A stretch of DNA of 64,000 bases, taken from IMG/VR virus record IMGVR_UViG_3300032299_001203, positions 1-64,000 of that record. One strand, written 5' to 3'. The translations under genes were made by a program, and so were the position numbers. Origin of the DNA: a virus. Positions 55,833 through 64,000 of the stretch are shown here, in pieces (the stretch's first letter is position 1; the number at the start of each line of letters is the position of its first letter). The notes under the pieces were generated by a model, which saw nothing but the letters and a program-made list of their open reading frames with translations, did no database searches and was not told the origin of the DNA.

Positions 55833-57806
55833 ATGGCAAATACAAATATTTTAATCAAACGTTCATCGAGCACAGGACGCCCAAGTTCGCTCGCTGCTGG
55901 TGAATTAGCGTACTCGTATCAATCAAACACATTATTCTTAGGTACTGCCGCAGGTAATGGTGCTATCAACGTTGGTGGTATATACTACACCCAAGCCATT
56001 GATAATGCCACTGCTGCTGCAACTCCAGATACCATTGTTAAACGAGATGCCACAGGCAACGCTTCGTTTAATTTCATTACTGCCAACATTATTGGTACTA
56101 TTCAAGGTACTGCAAATGCTGCTGTACAATTACAAAACTCTAGAGATTTCGCTATTTCTGGTGGTGACATTACTGCTAGTGCTGTAGGTTTTAATGGTAC
56201 AGGTAACGTAACACTAAATGCTTCACTTAATGCTATTCCCGGTTTATCTGCTGGATCATACGGTTCTTCGACTGCAATTCCAGTTGTTACTGTTGCCGCT
56301 AATGGTCGTATTACTTCAATTAGCACATCTTCAATTTCTACTGAGTTTACTTTAAATGGTGATTCTGGTACTACAACCATTTCTGGTGGTGATACACTTA
56401 CTCTTACTGGTGGTGCTGGTATTACAAGTAATGTTTCCGGTGATACAGTCACTTTTGATGTAGATAATACAGTTGTTCGTTCAAATACAGCAATCACAAG
56501 TCAGACTATTGATGGCAACATTACAATTTCTGGTAACTTAACAGTTCAAGGCTCACACACAACAGTTAACACATCCACATTGAATGTTGTTGATCCATTA
56601 ATTATCTTAGCTTCAAATAACACATCTGATGCAGTTGATATTGGTTTTGCTGCTCATTACAATGATGGTTCTACAAACAGACATACCGGTTTCTTCCGTG
56701 ATGCTGGTACAAAAGAATACCACGTATTTGATAACTACACTCCTGAATTGGTTGGTAATAGCATTGATGTTGCTAATGCATCTTTTAGACATGCAAACGT
56801 TAATGCATCAGTAGTTAAAGGTAATTTGATTGCCACAACAGCCGTATCTGATGGTTTTTATGGTAATACAGGCGCTGTATTGAATTTGTATCCAAATCAA
56901 GCATATGCCGCATCAGGTAACCAATATATTGTTGTTGATCCAACTGCACCAAATCATATTCATCTTCGTGCTGGTGGTACAATTGATGCTTCTACTGCTG
57001 AATTGTATTTGGGTGGTGAACAAACTAATGTTAATGTAAGTGACACTACAAAAGAAGTATACATTCGTGCAAACAATGCTCATGTAACAACATTTGCTAA
57101 CAATGGTACATTAATTGTTTCTAATAAAGTTATTGCTAATGGTCTCAATCTAAACGACCACTCACAAGCTGCATTTGATAAGGCCAATTCTTCTGTAACA
57201 TCTACAACATCATTAACATTAGGTCAGTTAGTTATTGGCACTGGTAGTAATACTGTTGCAACATTGGCAAATTCAACATATGTGTTAACCGGTTCTTTAT
57301 CTGCTTCTAAAACAATCACATCACTCACAGTTGATGCTTATGGTCGTGTAACTGCTGCCACTGGTGCTGATATTGCAATCGATACTTCTGCAATTACTTC
57401 TGGCACATTGAGTGTTGAAAGAGGCGGTACAGGTCAATCTTCATTTACAACAGGTGCAATTCTTGTTGGTAATGGTTCAGGTGGTTTACAGACTCTTGCT
57501 AATTCAACATTCACAGCAACGGGTTCTGGTGCTTCGAACAACACAATATCTTCAGTAACCGTTGATTCGTATGGCCGTTTAACAGCTACAACGTTCTCGG
57601 CAATTTCTGGTTTAACTGTTGGTCAAGGTGGTACAGGTCGTTCAACATTTACCACAAACGGTATTATATATGGTAATTCCACAGACGGTCAATTGGTAAC
57701 TGCTGCCGCAGGTACCGCTGATCAGACATGGAGTAATCAAATTCTTACTGTTACGAATGCTGGTGTTCCAGTTTGGACTAGGTCTTTAGATGGCGGCACA
57801 TTCTAA
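55833..57806 (+). CDS. tail fibre protein
   Basis: IKRS..P..L..GELAYS; V..YGR.T and V..GGTG repeats; ends LDGGTF. Confidence 0.85.
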   Translation: MANTNILIKRSSSTGRPSSLAAGELAYSYQSNTLFLGTAAGNGAINVGGIYYTQAIDNATAAATPDTIVKRDATGNASFNFITANIIGTIQGTANAAVQLQNSRDFAISGGDITASAVGFNGTGNVTLNASLNAIPGLSAGSYGSSTAIPVVTVAANGRITSISTSSISTEFTLNGDSGTTTISGGDTLTLTGGAGITSNVSGDTVTFDVDNTVVRSNTAITSQTIDGNITISGNLTVQGSHTTVNTSTLNVVDPLIILASNNTSDAVDIGFAAHYNDGSTNRHTGFFRDAGTKEYHVFDNYTPELVGNSIDVANASFRHANVNASVVKGNLIATTAVSDGFYGNTGAVLNLYPNQAYAASGNQYIVVDPTAPNHIHLRAGGTIDASTAELYLGGEQTNVNVSDTTKEVYIRANNAHVTTFANNGTLIVSNKVIANGLNLNDHSQAAFDKANSSVTSTTSLTLGQLVIGTGSNTVATLANSTYVLTGSLSASKTITSLTVDAYGRVTAATGADIAIDTSAITSGTLSVERGGTGQSSFTTGAILVGNGSGGLQTLANSTFTATGSGASNNTISSVTVDSYGRLTATTFSAISGLTVGQGGTGRSTFTTNGIIYGNSTDGQLVTAAAGTADQTWSNQILTVTNAGVPVWTRSLDGGTF

Positions 57807-57838
57807 AGTAGTTTTATAATCTATATTATTTTTTATGT

Positions 57839-57856
57839 GGCCACTTTCGGGTGGCC
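57839..57856 (+). other. TTCG-loop hairpin upstream of an RBS
   Basis: GGCCACT-TTCG-GGTGGCC; no downstream U tract; TATAAT at 57815-57820. Confidence 0.55.
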
Positions 57857-57876
57857 CAACAATTTAGGAGTTTGAA

Positions 57877-58560
57877 ATGGGAAATGAAAAGTTTGTTAAT
57901 TATTATATTGAAAATTTAATTGCCACGATGAATGATTGTTTGATAAGAAACATATCATTACAAGTAAACGAAAGAATTAGTAAAGAAGCAATTGAAGATC
58001 AATCTAAAGCAATTGAAGATTTACAAAATACTATTGAATCTTTAAAAAAAGAAAATCATTTTTTACAAGATAATAGACAGGTTTCTGACCAAGAAAAATA
58101 TCAAAATTTAGAAAATAGTATTAAAGAGCATTTAAATACCATTAGAGGTTTAAATGAACGAATTGCTGAAGCCGACAAACTTAAAAATGAATATGAAAAT
58201 GTAAAACATCAGGTTCAACATGTTGATACATTTAGAAATGAATTGATTAAAACTCAAAAAGAATTGGAAGAAGTTAAATCACAAAATGTTAGTCAACAAA
58301 GTTTGAATGACCAAGTTAATAGACTACAAGCTGAACTCACCAATTCACAAAATATTATCATTCAAAAAAATGGTATTATTGAGAAAATTAATATTGATAG
58401 AGATAAAACAATTGCTGAACTATCAGAAAAAATTGAATATTTACAATTAACTCCTGCCAAGCGAAAAAAAATTGATGAAGAAAGAGCCAAAGAAATAGAA
58501 GCTCCTGCTTCAGATTTATTTGTTTCCGATACATTAGATAGGGACGGCGGAAGTTTTTAA
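57877..58560 (+). CDS. coiled-coil protein
   Basis: heptad-rich; AGGAG RBS; ends DGGSF. Confidence 0.8.
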   Translation: MGNEKFVNYYIENLIATMNDCLIRNISLQVNERISKEAIEDQSKAIEDLQNTIESLKKENHFLQDNRQVSDQEKYQNLENSIKEHLNTIRGLNERIAEADKLKNEYENVKHQVQHVDTFRNELIKTQKELEEVKSQNVSQQSLNDQVNRLQAELTNSQNIIIQKNGIIEKINIDRDKTIAELSEKIEYLQLTPAKRKKIDEERAKEIEAPASDLFVSDTLDRDGGSF

Positions 58561-58564
58561 GTAA

Positions 58565-59227
58565 ATGGCAATTGCAAACACGACTGTAAAGTTAAAAAAT
58601 TCAGGTGTAGCAAATAATGTACCATCATCACTATTATTTGGTGAGTTGGCGATCAATTACGCCGATGGAAAATTATTTTATAAAAACGCCAACAATTCAA
58701 TTGTAGCATTTACTTCTGGTGCAAATGCTTCCAATACATCATCATTTGCAACTGTTAATGCAAATTCATCTTTAGTTCTTGCTACATCCTCTACAGACAC
58801 ATTAAATTTAGCGGCCGCAAATGGTATTAGTATTACAACTAATACAATCACCAAAACAATTACATTTGGTGATGCAGCCACTCAACAATTAGCTCAAGCA
58901 GCTTTTGATGCCGCAAATAATGCTTCTAGTGGAGGTGGCGGAGTATTAACTTCTACGGTCAATACTTTTTTAGGTAATGGTTCAAATAGATTTTTTAATT
59001 TAACGGTAACACCTACAGATATTAATTATACAACTTTAGTAATTGGTGGTGTTTCACAACCTAGAAGTTATTATACGGTTGCTGGTTCTTTATTAACAAC
59101 CAGTTCAGCACCAGCAAACAACATTATTGTTGAAGTAACCACGGTAGGCACATCCAATACAACACTATATACCATTAATTACACAACAAATAATATTCTT
59201 AGTCCATTTTTATTAATGGGCGCTTAA
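58565..59227 (+). CDS. fibre/structural protein
   Basis: P.SL..GELAINYADGKLFYK; ends PFLLMGA. Confidence 0.75.
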   Translation: MAIANTTVKLKNSGVANNVPSSLLFGELAINYADGKLFYKNANNSIVAFTSGANASNTSSFATVNANSSLVLATSSTDTLNLAAANGISITTNTITKTITFGDAATQQLAQAAFDAANNASSGGGGVLTSTVNTFLGNGSNRFFNLTVTPTDINYTTLVIGGVSQPRSYYTVAGSLLTTSSAPANNIIVEVTTVGTSNTTLYTINYTTNNILSPFLLMGA

Positions 59228-59237
59228 AGGAAAAAAT

Positions 59238-59567
59238 ATGGGGATAGTTTATAAAGTACTAGGACAATCCAATCCAACGGCAAATACTGCTGGAACATTG
59301 TATACTGTGCCTGGAGGAACTAGTGCAGTAATTAGTACTGTTACTGTATGTAATCAATCAGCTACACCTGCATGGTTTAATCTTGCGGTTCAACCAGCTG
59401 GTGCACCATTGGCAGCCAAACATTATGTGAATTTCAATACTCCAGTTCCTGGAAATGATACAGTTTCTTTAACACTTGGTATTACTTTGGGTAATACTGA
59501 CATCTTATCTTGTAATGCCAATACTAGCACCGTAAGCTTTAATGTATTTGGCAGCGAGATAAGTTAA
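59238..59567 (+). CDS. small virion protein
   Basis: YKVLGQ..P, LYTVP, S...VCN, FN.FGSEI. Confidence 0.75.
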   Translation: MGIVYKVLGQSNPTANTAGTLYTVPGGTSAVISTVTVCNQSATPAWFNLAVQPAGAPLAAKHYVNFNTPVPGNDTVSLTLGITLGNTDILSCNANTSTVSFNVFGSEIS

Positions 59568-60847
59568 TGGCAATCACAACAGCAAGTCAAGCTCAACTAG
59601 GACAAGCTACTGCCAAGAATAGTCAAGTAGTTACTACTGCGGTAAAACTGATTAATTCTGGTGGTGGAGCAGCTGCTGGTCCTAATATTACATCTATTAT
59701 CGTAACAGATAGTGGATATAATAATTTGGATGATACGGCTGCTGCAACAAGTAATTCGTATATTAAAATTCTTGGCACAGGTTTTCAATCAACTGCCAAT
59801 GTGTTTCTTAATGGTACGATGGTACTAAAAGCCAATGTTACATTTGTAAGTTCTACTGAATTGCGGGCTGTATTGCCTGTTTCTAATACAGGCAACTATG
59901 CGGTATCAGTTTATAATTCTAATTCAGCGGGTGCATTGTATTCAAGTTCATTTGTTATTTCTACAATGCCACAATGGCTGACATCAGCAACTTTAGCTAA
60001 TGTAACCAGTAATACAGTATTTTCTGAAACATTATCTGCTACTTCCGATTCATCTGTTACATATGCCAACACCACTATATTACCAACCGGATTTAATTTA
60101 TTAGCCAATGGATATTATTTTGGTAATATATCAGTTGGTGCAACCACAACATACTCATTTGATGTTAAAGCTACTGACGCTCAAAATCAAGATTCGACCA
60201 GAACATTTAGTTTAACAACAATCACAGTAAATCCTTATGGTGATTTTGGATTTTCTTTAGAAGGTGGAACTTTAACAAATATAGGATCAGGTTCAAATGC
60301 GATGAATAATAATGGAGCATCCGTTTCAACCGCTCAAGCTGCTCAAGGATCCTACTCATTATATTTTAATGGATCCGCTTCAGTTGATATAAATTCAACC
60401 AATTCTAGTACTTGGTCATTTTTAAGTTCTTCACCATTAGGAACAAATACTTTAGGTACAATTGAATTTTATATTTACCCACAAACGGCACCCCCCAGAG
60501 GAGTAATGGTAGGGAGTTATCGTTCCTCACAAGAAAAAGGATGGACGATTGACTATGATCAGTTTGGTAATTTATTTTTTGCAAGAGATTCCAGTGGCCC
60601 AGGCACATATGCGGTTGGTTTGTCATTTAATACTTGGACAAAACTAGGATTTGTTTTTAGAACTGATGGTAATCACCAAATAGAAATTTATAAAAATGGA
60701 ACATATCACGGCACGTATAATTATGGTTCTGCCGCCACCTTTAGTGAAGCAAATATGAGAATTGGCCGAAGAGGTGACAACTCTTTAGGAACAGTTGGTT
60801 ATATTGACGACTTTAAAATATGGCTAGGTACCAGAGGCCCCTACTAA
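59567..60847 (+). CDS. IPT/Ig-like plus LamG (concanavalin-like) domain protein
   Basis: I.GTGF..V.FVSSTEL; LPTG; SLYFNG..TIEFYIYP..GYIDDFKI. Confidence 0.75.
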   Translation: MAITTASQAQLGQATAKNSQVVTTAVKLINSGGGAAAGPNITSIIVTDSGYNNLDDTAAATSNSYIKILGTGFQSTANVFLNGTMVLKANVTFVSSTELRAVLPVSNTGNYAVSVYNSNSAGALYSSSFVISTMPQWLTSATLANVTSNTVFSETLSATSDSSVTYANTTILPTGFNLLANGYYFGNISVGATTTYSFDVKATDAQNQDSTRTFSLTTITVNPYGDFGFSLEGGTLTNIGSGSNAMNNNGASVSTAQAAQGSYSLYFNGSASVDINSTNSSTWSFLSSSPLGTNTLGTIEFYIYPQTAPPRGVMVGSYRSSQEKGWTIDYDQFGNLFFARDSSGPGTYAVGLSFNTWTKLGFVFRTDGNHQIEIYKNGTYHGTYNYGSAATFSEANMRIGRRGDNSLGTVGYIDDFKIWLGTRGPY

Positions 60848-60884
60848 TATTAATAAATAATAGAATAAGAATAAAAGTTTATAA

Positions 60885-62054
60885 ATGACTACCTTAAAAA
60901 TACAACCGTTAGCCGTAGACCAAACAGGTGACTTCTATTTTAATACAGTCACGGCTAATAATTTACTTGTAAATACGGTCAATGTATATGATTCTATTGT
61001 TGGTGCCAATGCCAATATTGCTTTACTATTTTCAGTAAACAATTATCAAAATACCATAATAACCAATGTAAACACCTATGCAACCTCTGCATATGGTCAA
61101 GCAAACATTGCTACAACATTGGCTCAAGCGGCTTTCAATTACGCTAATACTATTGTTAGCGATACACAAATTGACCCATTTGCCAGAGCAAATGCAAATG
61201 CGGCTTTGGCCACAGCCAATACAGCATCAGCAAACACCATTTATTTACAAGGTGTTAATACCACACAAAATACCAATATTACAACTGCTGATGTAAAAGC
61301 TCAAGCGGCTTTTGATAAAGCAAATACTGGTGTAACTACTTCATTTGACCAGTATGCCAGAGATACTGCCAATTCAGCACAAGCCAATACCATCTACAAT
61401 CAAGGTGTAGATACAACTCAGAATACTAATATCTCCTTATTACAAGGAGCAATGACTTCAGCCAATGCCAATATAGTACAAATATTTGGTATTACGTTGG
61501 GCCAAAATGCTTTTTCACAAGCAGCTTTTAATACAGCCAATACAGCCTCAGCAAACACAATCTATTTACAAGGCGTTGTTTCAGGCCAAAATACATTTAT
61601 TCAAGCGGCTTTTGATAGGGCAAATACCGGTATATCAGATTCCATAGATGCTATTGCTAGAGCCAATGCAAATGCAGCTTATGGTCAAGCAAATATTGCT
61701 ACATCGTTGGCTCAATCCGCTTTTGATTATGCCAACACCATTCAAGGTGGAGGCGGTAGTGGTACCTTTACCGGTGGTTTAGTCACAGGACCTACAATTT
61801 TTGCCAGCACCTTACAAGCCAACGGTGCTGTAAGAATTGCCAACACCAGCGGTAATGTAGTATATACTTTACCAAATTATGATGGTGTTACTGGTCAGTC
61901 CTTAATAACTGATGGTTACGGAAGATTACAATGGACTACTTTGACTGCTATAAATGGTACTGGTGGTGGTACTAGTACCGGTTTTCCATATGTTGATTTA
62001 GGTTTTGTTTGGGAAAATCCGAGTGTACTTCTTGATATGGGTACGTTGACCTAA
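60885..62054 (+). CDS. fibre protein with AFxxAN repeats
   Basis: repeated A(F/Y)xxAN, D..AR..AN, QGV.TTQNTNI; YTLP..DG..GQ.L.TDG.G.L.W. Confidence 0.75.
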   Translation: MTTLKIQPLAVDQTGDFYFNTVTANNLLVNTVNVYDSIVGANANIALLFSVNNYQNTIITNVNTYATSAYGQANIATTLAQAAFNYANTIVSDTQIDPFARANANAALATANTASANTIYLQGVNTTQNTNITTADVKAQAAFDKANTGVTTSFDQYARDTANSAQANTIYNQGVDTTQNTNISLLQGAMTSANANIVQIFGITLGQNAFSQAAFNTANTASANTIYLQGVVSGQNTFIQAAFDRANTGISDSIDAIARANANAAYGQANIATSLAQSAFDYANTIQGGGGSGTFTGGLVTGPTIFASTLQANGAVRIANTSGNVVYTLPNYDGVTGQSLITDGYGRLQWTTLTAINGTGGGTSTGFPYVDLGFVWENPSVLLDMGTLT

Positions 62055-62067
62055 TCGGAAATAATAA

Positions 62068-62075
62068 TATAAATA
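62068..62075 (+). promoter_or_regulatory. T4-type late promoter TATAAATA
   Basis: exact consensus ending 25 nt before ATG 62101. Confidence 0.75.
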
Positions 62076-62100
62076 TAAGATAACTTAATAGAGATATTCC

Positions 62101-63879
62101 ATGCCAGCTACACAATTACAATTCAGAAAAGGTAACACCGCCCAGCACTCCACCTTCACCGGTGCGTTTGCCGAGGTTACAGTAGACACCGACAAGAAAG
62201 TTATTGTTGTTCACGATGCCGTCACTCCTGGTGGTACTCCAATGGCAACCGCAGCGTTTGCTCAAGCTGCTTTCAACAAAGCGAATACAACTGCCACCAA
62301 TAATAGAATTACAGTAAGTAATACCGCAGGTTATGTTCCGACGGCCAACACATTATTACCTGGTGAATTATTTGGTAATTTATTTGATGGTAAATTGTAT
62401 ATGCAGCTTACAACAGGTCGCATTATTGACCTTTCAACAAGAGCTGTAGGTAAAACATTCTATGTTTCGACAACCGGTTCAGATACTTTTGATGGAGTAA
62501 CGCCATCTGGTGCGAAAGCAACTATTCGTGCTGCATTAGCCTTGGCTCAACCAACTGATATTGTTCAAGTATTTGCTGGTACTTACACAGAAATTAATCC
62601 TTTAATTCTTCCACAAAACGTACAGTTAGTAGGTGCTGGTGAAAGAGCTTGCATCATTCAGCCTTCCGATCCAACTAAAGATATTATTTGGGTAAATAAC
62701 AATTCTTATGTGACCGGTTTTAAATTTATAAATTATTCTAAATCTGCGATTGCTTTTCCAGATTTAGTCATTGATGCCAATACTACGGTAGCTGCAACAC
62801 AAAATACGTTTACTCTACGATCAGGTGTACCTTACGATAATTTTTATAATAGTATGAGAATTACTATTACTGGTGGTATTGGTGCTGGACAATTTTCAAA
62901 CGTGGCATCTTATAATGCCGCAACTAGAGTTTGCACAATGGATGTAAATTGGAATCCTTTTCCAACCAATACATCCACCTATTCAATTGGCATTCCTTTG
63001 AGAACAACACCTGCAGCCAACACAACAAGATATACAACCAATATTACAGGTAGTCCTTACATTTATAATTGTTCTTCTATTACTTCAAATGGTACCGGCA
63101 TTAAAGTTGATGGAGCTTTATCAACAGGAAATAAGAGTATTATTTCTGCACAATTTACACAAGTAAATTCTAATGGCCGAGGCATTCATATTACCAATGA
63201 CGGATATTCTCAATTAGTTTCTATTTACGGTATTTTCTGTGACACTGCTTTTTTAGCTGATAATGGTGGTACTGCTTCACTAGGTAACTGTAACGTTAAC
63301 TTTGGTAACAAAGGTCTAGTGGCTAATGGTAAAGGTGCTTTAGCAATGACAGCTCGTTTTGCTAATACATCGGCAGAGGCCTGTACCTCTATTTTTCTAA
63401 ATACAATTAGTTCAAATACCGATTTAGGTATCACCGCCAATGTACCGTATTCTGGTTTAGTAATGAAAATTACTGGAGATGGTGTAGACAATTATTATTC
63501 AGTCGCTGAGGCAACTCCATTGTCTGCAGGAAATACACAAGTAACATTTCAAACTGGATTACCTGTTAGTTGGCCAAGTGAAACAACAGTTTCATTTTTT
63601 CAACAAAGTCAATTAAGAGCTTCTGGCCAAACATTTGAATTTGTTGGTGCTGGCACCAGTATAAATTCTTTGCCAAAATCAGGCGGAGTACCAAATGTGG
63701 AATCTCAAATTATTACAATTGGTGAAGGCGCAGTGTTTGCTACATCTACCGATCAAGACGGAAACTTTAAGGTATCGGAGTTAGTAATTAATCAATCAAC
63801 ATCAACCATTACAGGTAGAACTTTCTCAAAAAGTCTTTTTGCAGAAATGACGCCATATATTCTTGCTCTGGAGACTTAA
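62101..63879 (+). CDS. fibre/tailspike: Mtd-N-like domain plus pectin-lyase-like beta-helix
   Basis: LQFRKG.T..H..FTGA..EVTVDT.K..VHD..T.GG; FYVST.GSD..G..TI.AAL..GTYTE. Confidence 0.8.
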   Translation: MPATQLQFRKGNTAQHSTFTGAFAEVTVDTDKKVIVVHDAVTPGGTPMATAAFAQAAFNKANTTATNNRITVSNTAGYVPTANTLLPGELFGNLFDGKLYMQLTTGRIIDLSTRAVGKTFYVSTTGSDTFDGVTPSGAKATIRAALALAQPTDIVQVFAGTYTEINPLILPQNVQLVGAGERACIIQPSDPTKDIIWVNNNSYVTGFKFINYSKSAIAFPDLVIDANTTVAATQNTFTLRSGVPYDNFYNSMRITITGGIGAGQFSNVASYNAATRVCTMDVNWNPFPTNTSTYSIGIPLRTTPAANTTRYTTNITGSPYIYNCSSITSNGTGIKVDGALSTGNKSIISAQFTQVNSNGRGIHITNDGYSQLVSIYGIFCDTAFLADNGGTASLGNCNVNFGNKGLVANGKGALAMTARFANTSAEACTSIFLNTISSNTDLGITANVPYSGLVMKITGDGVDNYYSVAEATPLSAGNTQVTFQTGLPVSWPSETTVSFFQQSQLRASGQTFEFVGAGTSINSLPKSGGVPNVESQIITIGEGAVFATSTDQDGNFKVSELVINQSTSTITGRTFSKSLFAEMTPYILALET

Positions 63880-63882
63880 AAA

Positions 63883-64000
63883 ATGGCTACAATAGCATTA
63901 AATACATTTAAAACAACTACAGCGAATGTAACAACAGTCCAACAGACAATATATACCGCACCTGCTGGAGTAACCACAGTTATTCTTTTGGCTCAAGTTT
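63883..64000 (+). CDS. small virion protein, truncated by the window end
   Basis: MATIALNTFKT..IYTAPAGVTTVILLAQV. Confidence 0.7.
   Translation, partial: MATIALNTFKTTTANVTTVQQTIYTAPAGVTTVILLAQV

Overview
An AT-rich, gene-dense segment of a T4-like myophage, probably from an aquatic proteobacterial host. About 13.6-64 kb is T4-type core: gp33, gp59, gp32, a minus-strand tail block (two paralogous hub/tape-measure-like genes, gp51, gp26, gp54, gp2, gp4), then the baseplate (gp48, gp53, gp27-like, split gp5, gp25, gp6, gp7, gp8), a large VrlC/DUF4815-like protein and many fibre proteins. One fibre is a 2003-aa Thr-rich collagen next to a GT4 glycosyltransferase. The most striking accessory feature is an ~8 kb cluster at 1.7-9.6 kb. 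It encodes a radical SAM/SPASM enzyme, then a late-promoter-preceded protein with 12 [N/D/Q]-Cys dipeptides, five Fe(II)/2OG-type oxygenases (two resemble Asp/Asn beta-hydroxylases) and a B12-type radical SAM enzyme, with a carbamoyltransferase nearby. It looks like a phage-encoded RiPP-like or virion-protein modification pathway. Also present are a circularly permuted (two-piece) tmRNA with tag ANDNKYALAA, a candidate programmed -1 frameshift (T TTT TTC) fusing gp26 to a start-less gp51, and recurring terminal motifs that may dock the fibre proteins together. All assignments come from motif recognition by eye; no database searches were run.
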